Positions 37,480-47,340 of a stretch of DNA of 64,000 nucleotides are shown here, in pieces. The stretch covers positions 40,683-104,682 of the forward strand of contig DATDFB010000093.1 of assembly GCA_036522835.1 (NCBI GenBank), read 5' to 3'. The notes beneath the pieces were generated by a model. The model ran no database searches. It was not told where the DNA came from and saw only the letters and a list, made by a program, of their open reading frames with translations. This stretch comes from Thermoanaerobaculia bacterium (GTDB taxonomy: Bacteria; Acidobacteriota; Thermoanaerobaculia; Gp7-AA8). The stretch's first letter is position 1. The number at the start of each line of letters is the position of its first letter. Both the position numbers and the translations under genes were made by a program.

Positions 37480-38420
37480 AGATCGCCGTCGACACCGTGA
37501 AGATCGTCGAAGTCGGCCCGCGCGACGGCCTGCAGAACGAGAAGGTCACCGTCCCCACCGACGCGAAAGTGGCCTTCATCACCGCCCTCGGCGACGCCGG
37601 CCTGCGCACCATCGAAGCCGGCGCCTTCGTCTCGCCGAAGTGGGTGCCGCAGATGGCCGACACGGACGAGGTCTACGCGAACATCCCGAAAGATCCGGGC
37701 GTCGAGTACCCGGTGCTCGTGCCGAACATGAAGGGCCTCGAGCGCGCGCTCGACGCGGGCGTGACGTCGATCTCGATCTTCACTGCCGCCTCCGAGACCT
37801 TCAACAAGCGCAACATCAACATGTCCATCGACGAGTCGTTCGAGAACTACGCGCCGGTGGCGACGCGGGCGCGCGAGCACGGCGTGCGCGTGCGCGGCTA
37901 CGTCTCGACCGCGTTCGGCTGTCCGTACGAGGGCGACGTCGCGCCGGAGAAGGTGCTCGAGGTCTGCGCGCGTCTCCTCGACCTCGGCTGCTACGAAGTC
38001 TCGGTCGGCGACACCATCGGCGTCGGCACGCCGATGCAGGTGCAGGGCGTGACCGGCATGCTGCTGCAAGTCATCCCGGCCAAGCGCCTGGCCATGCACT
38101 TCCACGACACGCGCGGCACGGCGCTGGCGAACACGCTGGCCGCGCTGGAGATGGGGATCGCGACGTTCGACGCCTCCGCCGGCGGCCTTGGCGGCTGCCC
38201 CTACGCTCCCGGCGCCTCGGGCAATCTGGCGACGGAGGACTTGGTGTACATGCTCGACGGGATGGCCATCGAATCGGGCGTCGATCTGAATCGCCTGGTG
38301 GCCGCGTCGTCGATCATCGCGCCGTATCTCGATCACCCGCTGCCGGGAAAGTACCTGCAGGCGTATACGAAGCCGGTAGGGGCGCACGGCGTGCGCCCAG
38401 CGACAAACGCGGTACAGTAG
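37476..38420 (+). CDS. hydroxymethylglutaryl-CoA lyase
   Basis: [16 protein letters not shown]-terminus. [26 protein letters not shown]. Confidence 0.9.
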   Translation: MKIAVDTVKIVEVGPRDGLQNEKVTVPTDAKVAFITALGDAGLRTIEAGAFVSPKWVPQMADTDEVYANIPKDPGVEYPVLVPNMKGLERALDAGVTSISIFTAASETFNKRNINMSIDESFENYAPVATRAREHGVRVRGYVSTAFGCPYEGDVAPEKVLEVCARLLDLGCYEVSVGDTIGVGTPMQVQGVTGMLLQVIPAKRLAMHFHDTRGTALANTLAALEMGIATFDASAGGLGGCPYAPGASGNLATEDLVYMLDGMAIESGVDLNRLVAASSIIAPYLDHPLPGKYLQAYTKPVGAHGVRPATNAVQ

Positions 38421-38423
38421 AGC

Positions 38424-38837
38424 ATGCTGAAGGACGGCTGGTACGTCGTTCCATGGCAGGTGATCTTCCGCGACCTCGACGCGTTCGGCCACGTCAACAA
38501 CGCGGTCTACCTCTCCTACTTCGAGTGGGCGCGCGCCAAGCTCTGGTTCGAGCTGACGGGCGGCGCCAACGCGCGCGACATCAGCTTCATCGTGGCGCGC
38601 GCGGAGATCGACTTCAAAGCGCAGATCGGGCTGGAGCCGATCGAGCTCGCCGTCCGCGTCGGCGAGATGCGCACGACGTCGTTCGACACGCTTTACGAAA
38701 TTCGTAACCAAAATGGCAAACAACTTGCCGCTACCGGCAGGGTCGTGCTTGTTCTGTTCGACTGGAAGCGCCATGCGAAGCTGCCGATCCCCGATGACCT
38801 GCGCGAGAAAGTCCGGACGCTGTTCGGGAGGGAGTGA
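38424..38837 (+). CDS. acyl-CoA thioesterase (4HBT / YbgC-like hotdog fold)
   Basis: RDLDAFGHVNNAVYLSYFE hotdog thioesterase motif. 137 aa. Confidence 0.8.
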   Translation: MLKDGWYVVPWQVIFRDLDAFGHVNNAVYLSYFEWARAKLWFELTGGANARDISFIVARAEIDFKAQIGLEPIELAVRVGEMRTTSFDTLYEIRNQNGKQLAATGRVVLVLFDWKRHAKLPIPDDLREKVRTLFGRE

Positions 38838-38840
38838 GGA

Positions 38841-39695
38841 ATGATGCAGGCACGCGTTCTGACGCATCCGGCATTCGCCCGCCGCCGCTTCGTGGAGATG
38901 GCCCAGCTCCCCGACGCGGCGCTCGACTTGGTCGAGGCCTCGCTGGTGATCGACGTCGAGGACAATCCGACGATCGCGATCGACCGCTACCTCGAAGAGG
39001 TCAACGGCTGGAGCGGCGCCGTGCGCCAGCGCCTCGGCGGCTCGCACGACGTGGAGCGCATCGTGGAGGCGATCAACACGCTGCTCTTCGACGAAGAGGG
39101 CTTCCACGGCGAGAACGACGACTACTACGACCCGCGCAGCGCGCTCTTGAGCGAGACGCTCGACCGCCACGCCGGGCTACCGATGACGCTGTCGATTCTC
39201 TACATCGAGATGTCCCGCCGCGCCGGCGTGGAGGTCTCCGGCGTGGCGCTGCCGGGGCGGTTCCTGGTGAAGTTCAGCGGCGCGTTCGGGCACATCGTGG
39301 TCGATCCGTTCGACGGCGGCCGCGTGCTGACGAACGTCGAATTGCAACAGCTCCTCGACGGCGTCTACGGCGGCGGCGTGCGCCTGCGCGAGCATCACCT
39401 CCGCTCCTTCACGGCGAAGGAGATTCTGGCGCGCGAGCTGGCGCATCTGAAGTCGGCCTACCTGGCGCGGCGCGACCTGCAGCACGCCGCGGCGTCGATC
39501 GACCGCCTGCTCATCCTCGACGGCAACGACGCCTACGAGCTCCGCGACCGCGCCGCCGTGGCCATGCAACTGCACGCCTACGGCACGGCCATCAAGTGCT
39601 TCGAGCGCTATCTCGTGCTCATGCCCCACGCCGACGACGGAGGGCGCGTCCGCGAGCAGATCGCCTGGCTTCGCGGCTGGCTGGAAAAGAATTGA
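38841..39695 (+). CDS. transglutaminase-like / TPR protein (UPF0162, SirB1-like)
   Basis: 284 aa. GLPMTLSILYIEMSRRAGVEVSGVALPGRFLVKF segment resembles SirB1/YchA family proteins. Assignment is moderate. Confidence 0.6.
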   Translation: MMQARVLTHPAFARRRFVEMAQLPDAALDLVEASLVIDVEDNPTIAIDRYLEEVNGWSGAVRQRLGGSHDVERIVEAINTLLFDEEGFHGENDDYYDPRSALLSETLDRHAGLPMTLSILYIEMSRRAGVEVSGVALPGRFLVKFSGAFGHIVVDPFDGGRVLTNVELQQLLDGVYGGGVRLREHHLRSFTAKEILARELAHLKSAYLARRDLQHAAASIDRLLILDGNDAYELRDRAAVAMQLHAYGTAIKCFERYLVLMPHADDGGRVREQIAWLRGWLEKN

Positions 39696-39717
39696 CGATG
39701 TTAGGCTTGTACCCGGC

Positions 39718-40428
39718 GTGATCACCGGCTTCAACACCGACATCAAGCACAACGAAAAGGTCTACCACATCCAGACCGAGGACAAGGGTCTGCAGAATCC
39801 GTACATCGAGTCGCTCGTGTACGTCGGCGGCGAGATCCTGGCCTCGAAGAAGACCTCGTACGCCGAGCAGCTCAAGACCGGCGTCGACGAGAAATGGATT
39901 GGCAACCTGATGGAGCAGCAGCACCGCACGATGATCGCGGCGATCAAGCGGGGGCGCTTCGACGGACCGGCCGATCCGACGCGCTCCGCGGCGCCGAAGC
40001 CGGGCCCGACGCTTTCGGCGGAGCCGGCGCCCACGACTGCGGCGACGGCCACGCCCCCGCTCGACGACCGCACCCTCGACCAGGTCATCATCGACTACCT
40101 CGCCTCCGAGGCGGAGAGCGAGCACCTCGAGCTGTCGCTGTTGAGCAGCGGCGCGGAGTTCTTCGCCGGCTCGGCGGTCGAGGTGCGCGTGGCCACGAAG
40201 AAAAGCCTCTCCCAGCAGCCCATCCCCGCCGCCGCCATCGAGGTCAAGGTGATCTCGACCGTGGAGGCGCCGCGGGTGATCTTCCGCGGCAAGACCGCCG
40301 CCGACGGCACCGCCGTCGTGCGCGCGACCATCCCCGCGTTCCGCGAGGGGACGGCGGCCGTGATCATCTCCGCGCAGAGCCCGATCGGGAATGATGAGGT
40401 GAAGCAGTTGGTGAAGCGGCGGAAGTAG
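39718..40428 (+). CDS. hypothetical protein (GTG start)
   Basis: 236 aa with an Ala/Pro-rich central linker. No recognisable motif. Confidence 0.5.
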   Translation: MITGFNTDIKHNEKVYHIQTEDKGLQNPYIESLVYVGGEILASKKTSYAEQLKTGVDEKWIGNLMEQQHRTMIAAIKRGRFDGPADPTRSAAPKPGPTLSAEPAPTTAATATPPLDDRTLDQVIIDYLASEAESEHLELSLLSSGAEFFAGSAVEVRVATKKSLSQQPIPAAAIEVKVISTVEAPRVIFRGKTAADGTAVVRATIPAFREGTAAVIISAQSPIGNDEVKQLVKRRK

Positions 40429-40540
40429 TGGTTTGTTCTTGGTTCTTGGTTCTTGGTTCTTGGTTCTTAGGTTCTTAAGTTTCGCAAACCTAAGAACCTA
40501 ACAACCTAAGAACCTAAGAACCTCTCTGGCCTCCCCCCTG
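40428..40540. repeat. heptamer-array hairpin: (GTTCTTG)x6 ... loop ... (CTAAGAAC)x4
   Basis: gtttgttcttggttcttggttcttggttcttggttcttaggttcttaagttt-cgc-aaacctaagaacctaacaacctaagaacctaagaacc read directly. Imperfect ~35-bp stem. Confidence 0.8.
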
Positions 40541-40557
40541 CATTCACGCCACTCGCA

Positions 40558-42984
40558 ATGCCGCGCTCCGCCCGCATCCTCCTCACCCTGGCCGGCCTTA
40601 CCCTCGTCGGCTACCTGCTCGTCAGCCTCTATCTCCCCTCGTCGCGGTGGCTCGTGTTCGGCGTCGACAAGCATTCCGGCGCGGTGCGCATCGTCGAGTC
40701 GCACATCACCCTTCTGCCGCCGAACCAGTTCTACCGGCTCAAGTTCGAGAAGCGCGAAGGGTTCGCGCAACGCGACGGGATGATCCGCATCACCTCGAAA
40801 GAGGGGGTGCCGGTGTCGGTCTATTACCGGCTGCGCTTCGGGATCGCCGGCAATCGCCTGCCGGACGCGCAGCGCATCGTCAACGACGGGTGGAACGCCT
40901 GGATCCGGGCGCGCGTCTCCGAAGCCGTGGCGGCGGTGGCGGCGCAGGTACCGATCGAGGACCTCTTGTCGCCGACGTCGCAGTTCAACACGCAGGGGCG
41001 CGATCCGCTGCGGCGCACCGTGGCCGGGCACCTCGCGCGCAGCGGCTTGAACGTCACGGCCTTCGAGATCGCCCGCATCGACGCCGACCGCGAGGCCCTG
41101 CTGCGCGTGAAGCGCACCGAATTGCGCCGCGACGCGCGCAGCGCGCCGGGACGGGTGGCCATCATCGCCCTCGACGGCGCCGACTGGGAGCTGATCTCCG
41201 AGCTCGCCGACGACGGCCGCCTCCCGAACCTCAAGGCTCTCGCGCAGGGCGGCACCACGGCGTCGGTGCAGTCGATCCAGCCGATGGTCTCGCCGATGCT
41301 CTGGACCACCGTGGCCACCGGCCTCACGCCCGACCGCCACGGCGTGCTCGATTACATCGACCACTCCCTGCACCTGCCCGTGAGCGCGTACTCGCGGCGC
41401 GCGCCGGCGCTGTGGGAGATCGCCGACTCCTTCGGCCGCAATGCGCTCGTGGCGAACTGGTGGACCGACTGGCCGCCCTCGCCGCACGACAACGTCATCG
41501 TCGACGCGCCGGTGGAGCAGCGCCCCGACGTGCTTTACCCCGACGCGATCCGCCAGCGCGCGGATTCGCTCGACGTGCCGGTGGAGACTGTCGGCTACCC
41601 GCAGATCCGCCGCTTCCTCAACATCAGCCTCGCCGAGTACGACAAGGCCGTGAACAGCGACAACGCCGCCGATCCGATCAACGTCTTCCGCCGCGTGCTG
41701 GCAAAGACGTGGAGCGACCACCGCGTGGCCATCAATCTCTACAACGATGCGCGCCGCAACGGCCGCGAGCCGCTGCTGGTGATGATGTCGTATGAAGGGA
41801 CCGACGCCGTCAATCACCTCTTCGCGCCGTTCCACCCGCCCTACCGCGAAGGGATCAGCACGGACAACTACCGCAAGTTCTGGCCGGCGGTGGCGAATTA
41901 CTACAGCGAAGTCGACCGCCTCGTCGGCGAGTGGATGGGCGTGCTCGCGCCGGATACGAACGTCGTCATCGTCTCCGCGCACGGCTTCCGCTGGGGAAAG
42001 AACCGGCCGCGCTCGATGCCGAACGGCGGCACGATGCTCTCCGACCACCGCAGCACCGGGATCTTCATCGCCTACGGCCAGCGCGTGCAGCCGTCGCGCG
42101 GGAATCACCCCATGTCGATCTTCGACGTGGCGCCGACCGCGCTGGCGCTGCTCGGCCTCCCGAAGTCGACGGAGATGCCGGGCAACCTCGTGCCGTGGGC
42201 GTTCCGCGACGTGGCGCCGCTGACGTCGGTGCGCGTCGTGAGCTACAGCGAGTTCGTGAATTCGAAGCCGGCGCCGGCGCCGGCGTCCGTCGACTCGAAG
42301 CAGTTCGAGGCCGACCTCCGCGCCATCGGGCATCTGTACGATCCGTCAAAGAACCTCCAGCCGCTGCTCGATGAGGACGAGCCGCAGAAGGCCGCGACGC
42401 CGCTGCCGCCGGAGCAGTGGGGCGCCTACGCGTATTACAACAACCTCGGCGTGCAGTTGCGGCAGCAGGGAAAGCTGATGCCGGCCATCGACGCGTTCGA
42501 CCGGGCCATCGACATCAATCCGGAGCGGCCGACGCCCTACCTGAACAAGGCCATGGCCATGTTCGACAAGCAGTACTACACCGATGCCGACGAGACGTTC
42601 CTCACGGCGGTGGCGAAGGGGCTGCCGAACGCGGAGCAGTGGATCATCGACTTCGCCGCGCTTTACCGGGAGCGCAACATGCCGAGCCGGGCCATCGCGC
42701 TGCTGTACAAGGCGCGGCAGATGTTCCCGCAGTCGTACGCGATCGCGGCGAACCTCGGCTCGGCGCTGGTGGCGGCGAGCCGCTACACCGAGGGGGTGCC
42801 GGAGCTGGAGCGCGCGCTGGGGATGCAGCCGTCGTCGACGATGGTGCTGAACAACCTCGGCATTTTCTACTCGAAGAAGCACGACTTCGCGCGGGCGTTG
42901 GATTATTGGAACCGTTCGCTCTCGATCGAGCCGCGCCAGCCGCAGATCCGCGCGGCGGCGGAGGCGGCGCGGACGATGCTTTGA
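40558..42984 (+). CDS. membrane-anchored alkaline-phosphatase-superfamily (type I phosphodiesterase/nucleotide pyrophosphatase-like) protein with C-terminal TPR repeats
   Basis: N-terminal TM. VAIIALDGADWELI...LPNL and MVSPMLWTTVATG metal-ligand/active-site Thr region. C-terminal TPR-like repeats (AYAYYNNLGVQL..., AIANLGSALV..., NNLGIFY...). Confidence 0.7.
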   Translation: MPRSARILLTLAGLTLVGYLLVSLYLPSSRWLVFGVDKHSGAVRIVESHITLLPPNQFYRLKFEKREGFAQRDGMIRITSKEGVPVSVYYRLRFGIAGNRLPDAQRIVNDGWNAWIRARVSEAVAAVAAQVPIEDLLSPTSQFNTQGRDPLRRTVAGHLARSGLNVTAFEIARIDADREALLRVKRTELRRDARSAPGRVAIIALDGADWELISELADDGRLPNLKALAQGGTTASVQSIQPMVSPMLWTTVATGLTPDRHGVLDYIDHSLHLPVSAYSRRAPALWEIADSFGRNALVANWWTDWPPSPHDNVIVDAPVEQRPDVLYPDAIRQRADSLDVPVETVGYPQIRRFLNISLAEYDKAVNSDNAADPINVFRRVLAKTWSDHRVAINLYNDARRNGREPLLVMMSYEGTDAVNHLFAPFHPPYREGISTDNYRKFWPAVANYYSEVDRLVGEWMGVLAPDTNVVIVSAHGFRWGKNRPRSMPNGGTMLSDHRSTGIFIAYGQRVQPSRGNHPMSIFDVAPTALALLGLPKSTEMPGNLVPWAFRDVAPLTSVRVVSYSEFVNSKPAPAPASVDSKQFEADLRAIGHLYDPSKNLQPLLDEDEPQKAATPLPPEQWGAYAYYNNLGVQLRQQGKLMPAIDAFDRAIDINPERPTPYLNKAMAMFDKQYYTDADETFLTAVAKGLPNAEQWIIDFAALYRERNMPSRAIALLYKARQMFPQSYAIAANLGSALVAASRYTEGVPELERALGMQPSSTMVLNNLGIFYSKKHDFARALDYWNRSLSIEPRQPQIRAAAEAARTML

Positions 42985-43226
42985 TTCAGACCGCACGCAA
43001 TTCCGCCCACGCTCTAGGGAGACGACGGGGAGCGCCTCCGGCGGGCCGCCACGGGCGGCAGCGCTGGTTGCCTTCGGCCGACTCACGCCAGCCGCCTTAG
43101 GCGCGCCTCTCGCGGCTGCACGTGCTTCGATCAGCGCTGCCGGCCGTGCCGGCCCGCCGGAGGCGCCCTTCGTCGTTCCCCGGGGCGTGTGGGCGAAATT
43201 GACGCGCCGCACGCGCCCGCGCCCGC

Positions 43227-43257
43227 TTGACTTGAGACTGAGTCTCAGTACAGAATC
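43227..43257 (+). promoter_or_regulatory. sigma70-like promoter TTGACT-N17-TACAGA with palindromic operator TGAGACTGAGTCTCA in the spacer, upstream of fur
   Basis: cttgacTTGAGACTGAGTCTCAgtacagaat ends ~12 nt before the fur ATG. Perfect 7-1-7 inverted repeat. Confidence 0.5.
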
Positions 43258-43268
43258 GAGGCCGTTCA

Positions 43269-43775
43269 ATGCCGGCCGTCGAGCGAGAGATCCACCGCTT
43301 CGAAAACTTCCTCGGGACCCAGGGGCTCCGCCTCACCCAGGAACGCGTCGCCCTCGTCCGCGAGATCTTCTCCACGCACTATCACTTCGAGGCCGACGAG
43401 CTCCTGCTCAAGATGAAGCAGAAGGCCGTCAAGATCTCCCGCGCCACGATCTACCGCACCCTCGAGCTCCTGGTGAAGTCCGGCATGGTCCGCCGCGTCC
43501 ACCTCGGCGAGGACCACTACCACTACGAGTACGTGAGCGGGAACTCCCACCACGACCATCTCATCTGCACGACCTGCGGCTCGGTCATCGAGTTCCACGA
43601 CGTCACGCTCGAGAACCGCACCCGCGAGATCTGCGAGAAGAAGAAGTTCACTCCCACGTTTTACAACCTGCAGGTCCTCGGGATCTGCGACTCCTGCCGA
43701 CGGAAAGGTGCGTTGCCCGTGGCCCCCGATCGCGTCACCGCGATCTCCGAGGGGGCCTTGCAGCTTCGCAAGTAA
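43269..43775 (+). CDS. fur: Fur-family metalloregulator
   Basis: RATIYRTLELLVKSGMVRRV HTH. HHDHLICTTCG and C-x2-C metal sites. 168 aa. Confidence 0.9.
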   Translation: MPAVEREIHRFENFLGTQGLRLTQERVALVREIFSTHYHFEADELLLKMKQKAVKISRATIYRTLELLVKSGMVRRVHLGEDHYHYEYVSGNSHHDHLICTTCGSVIEFHDVTLENRTREICEKKKFTPTFYNLQVLGICDSCRRKGALPVAPDRVTAISEGALQLRK

Positions 43776-43778
43776 CCC

Positions 43779-45476
43779 ATGCTCCCTGCGCTCGTCATCG
43801 TCTTCCGCGAAGGCTTCGAAGCCTTCCTCACCGTCGCCATCATCTTCGCCTTCCTGCGCAAGACCGGCCGCGACTGGCTGCGGCCCACGGTCTACGCCGG
43901 CGTCGTCACCTCCATCGCCGCGAGCTTCGCCCTCGGCTGGGTGCTGATGCGCGTCAACCAGTCGCTGTGGGAGGGAATCCTAGGCCTCGTGGCCGCGGTG
44001 CTCGTGGCCAGCTTCGTCGTCCACGTCTGGCGCACCGCGCCGCGCATGAAGGGCGACATGGAAGCGCACCTCGAGACGGCGTCGTCAAAGGCTTCGCGGG
44101 CGCTTGCCGTCGCCGGCGTGTTCGTCTTCACCGTACTGATGGTCACGCGCGAAGGGATGGAGACCGCATTGATGCTCATCCAGGTCAAGAACACGCGTTT
44201 CATCCTCGGCTCGCTCCTCGGCATCGTCGCCGCGGCGGCGATGTCGTGGGCGTGGGCGCACTACGGGCATCGCATCAACCTGAAGCGCTTCTTCCAGGTC
44301 ACCGGCCTCTTCCTCCTGCTCTTCACCGCGCAGATCGTTTTCTACGCGATCCATGAGCTCTCCGAGGCCGAGGTTCTGCCGAACAGCCAAGCGATCCACA
44401 CCGCCACCGAGCCGTTCTCGCCCGTCGGCGTGTACGGCAAGTGGTTCTCGATGGCGATGGTCGGCTTCTGCGCGGCGTGGCTTTTGGCGGTGTCGATGAA
44501 AGACCGCTTCCAGCGCGCGCACGCCGTGGTCATGCTGCTGATCGTGGTGGCCATCTTCCCCGCCGCCGTCGCGCACGCCGACACGACGCGCGCGCAGTCG
44601 CTCATGGGCACGGTGTGCGAGATCACCGTTCCGGACAACGACGCGAGATACATCGACCTCGCCTTTGCCGAGGCCAAGCGCCTCGACGCCATCATCGACA
44701 CCTGGCGCGACGACAGCGAGCTCTCCCTCGTTAACGCTCAGAAGCTCCAAACCGTCTCCGGAGAGTTGGGAGGAATGCTGGTGACGACGGTGTGGTGGGC
44801 GAACAAGACCGGCGGCGCGTTCAACCCGCTGGTGCGGCCGCTGGTCGACATCTGGAAGACGCGCGACGGCGGCGCCGTCCCCTCGCGGGAGCAGATCGCC
44901 GAGGCGATGAAGCGCGTCGACCTCGCCAACGTCGATGTGACAAAGGAAAAAATCACGCTGAAGAACGGCGCGATGGTCGAGGAAGGGGCTTGGGGCAAAG
45001 GCCTGGCCCTCGACCGAATGCTCGGCATCTTCAAGCAAAAAGGGGTTCTGCGCGCGCGCATCAACTTCGGCGGACAGATCGCGCACTACGGCGACCAGCC
45101 GTACGTCACGATCGCCGATCCGAAGAAGCGCGACACGCCCGCGCTCGGCTTCTCGCTCGGCAAGCGCTCGATCTCCACGAGCTCCGGCTCGGAGAAGAGC
45201 TTCACCGTCGGCGACAAGACGTTCACGCACATCATCGACCCGCGCACCGGCTTCGCCATGCCGGCGTGGGGCTCGGTGTCGGTGATCGACAACTCCGCCT
45301 TCGTCGCCGACGTCCTCTCGACCGCGCTCTACGTCATGGGTCCCGAGGCGGGCATGAACTGGGCGAAGGCGCACAACGTCAGCGCCATTTTCATCACCGA
45401 CAAGAACGAAGTCCTGACGTCGGCGCCGATCCAGGGTTTGCAGGCGCTCGACGCGAAGTTCTCGATCAAGAAGTAA
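43779..45476 (+). CDS. FTR1/EfeU-type iron permease fused in-frame to a periplasmic ApbE-like FAD:protein FMN transferase domain
   Basis: Two REGxE motifs (FREGFEAFL, TREGMETAL) within 7 TM. Then a TM/signal-like MLLIVVAIFPAAVAHA. Then an ApbE-like region (IDLAFAEAKRLDAIIDTW..., ALDRM..., IADPKKRDTP...). No stop between the halves. Starts 3 nt after fur. Confidence 0.75.
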   Translation: MLPALVIVFREGFEAFLTVAIIFAFLRKTGRDWLRPTVYAGVVTSIAASFALGWVLMRVNQSLWEGILGLVAAVLVASFVVHVWRTAPRMKGDMEAHLETASSKASRALAVAGVFVFTVLMVTREGMETALMLIQVKNTRFILGSLLGIVAAAAMSWAWAHYGHRINLKRFFQVTGLFLLLFTAQIVFYAIHELSEAEVLPNSQAIHTATEPFSPVGVYGKWFSMAMVGFCAAWLLAVSMKDRFQRAHAVVMLLIVVAIFPAAVAHADTTRAQSLMGTVCEITVPDNDARYIDLAFAEAKRLDAIIDTWRDDSELSLVNAQKLQTVSGELGGMLVTTVWWANKTGGAFNPLVRPLVDIWKTRDGGAVPSREQIAEAMKRVDLANVDVTKEKITLKNGAMVEEGAWGKGLALDRMLGIFKQKGVLRARINFGGQIAHYGDQPYVTIADPKKRDTPALGFSLGKRSISTSSGSEKSFTVGDKTFTHIIDPRTGFAMPAWGSVSVIDNSAFVADVLSTALYVMGPEAGMNWAKAHNVSAIFITDKNEVLTSAPIQGLQALDAKFSIKK

Positions 45477-45490
45477 GGGGATAGAAACCG

Positions 45491-46750
45491 ATGATTCGAC
45501 GTTTCCTGGTCGTAGTGTGCTCATTCGCGCTGGCGAGCGCGGCAATCGCGCAAGATACCGGCGATCTCGAGCGCCGTCTGCGCGCGCTGCAAGACAAAGT
45601 CAACGAAGTGGAGGAGCTGAAGCGCGAGATCGACGTGCTGTCGAAGGAGATCGAGGCGCTCAAGTCGGGGCAGCAGAAGCAAACGGTCGAGGTGACGCCG
45701 GCGCTCTCCGGCCGGCAGTACGGCCTCGGCGCCGCGGCCTCGAAGGTCTATCGCTCCGAGCCGGGCTTCTCCATCGGCGGCTACGGCGACATGGTCTACG
45801 CGAACCGACGCGGCGGCGAGAGCACGGCCGACCTCGTGCGCGCCGTCCTCTACACCGGCTACAAGTTCAACAACAACGTTCTCTTCAACTCGGAGCTCGA
45901 GGTCGAGCACGCGTCGACGGAGCTCGGCGGCGCGGTGTCGATGGAGTTCGCCTACCTCGATTTCCTGATGAAGCCGCAGGCGAACGTGCGCGCCGGCGTG
46001 GTGCTGATGCCGGTGGGCTTCATCAACGAGCAGCATGAGCCGACGGCGTACTTCGGCGCGCAGCGGCCGGTGGTGGAGCGCGTCATCATCCCGACGACGT
46101 GGAGCGAGATCGGCGCCGGGCTCTTCGGCGACGTCGGCCGCTTGAGCTACCGCACGTATCTGACGACGGGGATGGACAGCTCGCGCTTCGAGGCCGAGGA
46201 AGGGCTGCACGAAGGGAAGCAGGCCGGCGCGGAGGCGAAGGCGGAGGATTTCGCGTTCGTGGCGCGCGCCGACTGGCACCCGATCGAGGGCACGCTCCTC
46301 GGCGGCGCGTTCTACACCGGCAACTCCGGACAGGGCCGCGGCTTCGGCGGGCGGGTCAACCTCGCCGAGGTGCACGCGGAGTCGAAGTTCCGCGCCGTGT
46401 CGCTGCGGGCGCTGGCGGCGCGCGCGTCGATCGGCGACGCCGCGGCGATCAATGAAGCGAACGGCTTGGTGGGCGAGGAGTCCGTCGGGAAAACCCTCGG
46501 CGGTTGGTACGTCGAAGGGGGCTACGACCTCGGCAACGGCAACGTCGCGTTCATTCCGTACGCGCGCTACGAGCGCTTCGACACGCAGCGCAGCGTGCCG
46601 TTCGGCTTCGAGCGCAATCCGGAGAACGACGCGCGCGTCTTCACGCTCGGCATCGAGGTGAAGCCGATCCCGCAGACGGTGATCAAGGCCGACTGGCAGC
46701 AGCGCAGGAACAAGAATCAGTTCAACCTCGGACTCGGATACATCTTCTGA
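45491..46750 (+). CDS. outer-membrane beta-barrel porin-like protein
   Basis: Signal peptide, coiled-coil segment, alternating amphipathic beta strands, C-terminal ...NLGLGYIF aromatic terminus. Confidence 0.6.
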   Translation: MIRRFLVVVCSFALASAAIAQDTGDLERRLRALQDKVNEVEELKREIDVLSKEIEALKSGQQKQTVEVTPALSGRQYGLGAAASKVYRSEPGFSIGGYGDMVYANRRGGESTADLVRAVLYTGYKFNNNVLFNSELEVEHASTELGGAVSMEFAYLDFLMKPQANVRAGVVLMPVGFINEQHEPTAYFGAQRPVVERVIIPTTWSEIGAGLFGDVGRLSYRTYLTTGMDSSRFEAEEGLHEGKQAGAEAKAEDFAFVARADWHPIEGTLLGGAFYTGNSGQGRGFGGRVNLAEVHAESKFRAVSLRALAARASIGDAAAINEANGLVGEESVGKTLGGWYVEGGYDLGNGNVAFIPYARYERFDTQRSVPFGFERNPENDARVFTLGIEVKPIPQTVIKADWQQRRNKNQFNLGLGYIF

Positions 46751-46751
46751 T

Positions 46752-46812
46752 GTGGAGTACGCCGGCCATGCCGGCGCCGTCAGAGCGGCGGCATGGCCGC
46801 CGCACTCCAGAG
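46752..46812. repeat. REP-like palindromic element (GTGGAGTGCGGCGGCCATGCCGCCG ... CGGCGGCATGGCCGCCGCACTCCAC family)
   Basis: Imperfect inverted repeat read directly. A near-identical copy lies at 47741-47803 and a half copy at ~1300-1335. Confidence 0.7.
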
Positions 46813-46821
46813 AGACACGTG

Positions 46822-47340
46822 ATGAAGCGACTCGTCCTCCTCCTCCTGCTCGTGACGACGGCCGCGCACGCGCGCGTGCTGCTCACGCAGGAGCAGGCGC
46901 TGGCCACCGCGTTCCCGAAGGGCGTGACGGTGACACGGCAGAAGTTTTTCCTGACGGAGCAGCAGCTCGCGGCGGCGCGGAGCGAGAGCGGCGTCGACTT
47001 CGACGACCGCCTCGTCGTCCGCTACGCCGGCAGCGACGGCCGCATCGCCTACTTCGATACGCACCGCGTGCGCACGGAGCCCGAGACGGTGATGGTCGTG
47101 GTGATGCCGGACGGCAGCGTCGACCGCGTGGAGATCCTGACCTTCAACGAGCCGACCGACTACTTCCCGAAGCGGCGCTGGCTCGACCAGCTTCTGCACC
47201 GCCGCCTCGACCGCGAGCTCGCGCTCAACCGCGGCGTGCGCCCGATCTCCGGCGCGAGCCTCACCGGCCGCGCGCTCGTCAACGCCACGCGCAAGGTGCT
47301 GGCGCTGCACCATGTGCTCACCGGGGTGGCGCCGCGATGA
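46822..47340 (+). CDS. secreted FMN-binding domain protein
   Basis: Signal peptide MKRLVLLLLLVTTAAHA. ISGASLTGRALVNA resembles the flavinylation site of FMN_bind domains. Adjacent to the ApbE-like transferase. Confidence 0.7.
   Translation: MKRLVLLLLLVTTAAHARVLLTQEQALATAFPKGVTVTRQKFFLTEQQLAAARSESGVDFDDRLVVRYAGSDGRIAYFDTHRVRTEPETVMVVVMPDGSVDRVEILTFNEPTDYFPKRRWLDQLLHRRLDRELALNRGVRPISGASLTGRALVNATRKVLALHHVLTGVAPR

Noticed and set aside
40428-40540. Heptamer arrays as CRISPR arrays
   Set aside because: Repeat units are 7 nt with no unique spacers, and the arrays are self-complementary hairpins of <120 bp. No cas genes are present.
40558-42984. Possible BREX PglZ (alkaline phosphatase superfamily), given the adjacent mention of methyltransferases elsewhere in the window
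   Set aside because: There is no PglX, BrxC or BrxL nearby. The protein has an N-terminal membrane anchor and C-terminal TPR repeats typical of the widespread alkaline-phosphatase-family proteins in these phyla. Methyltransferases are 32 kb away.
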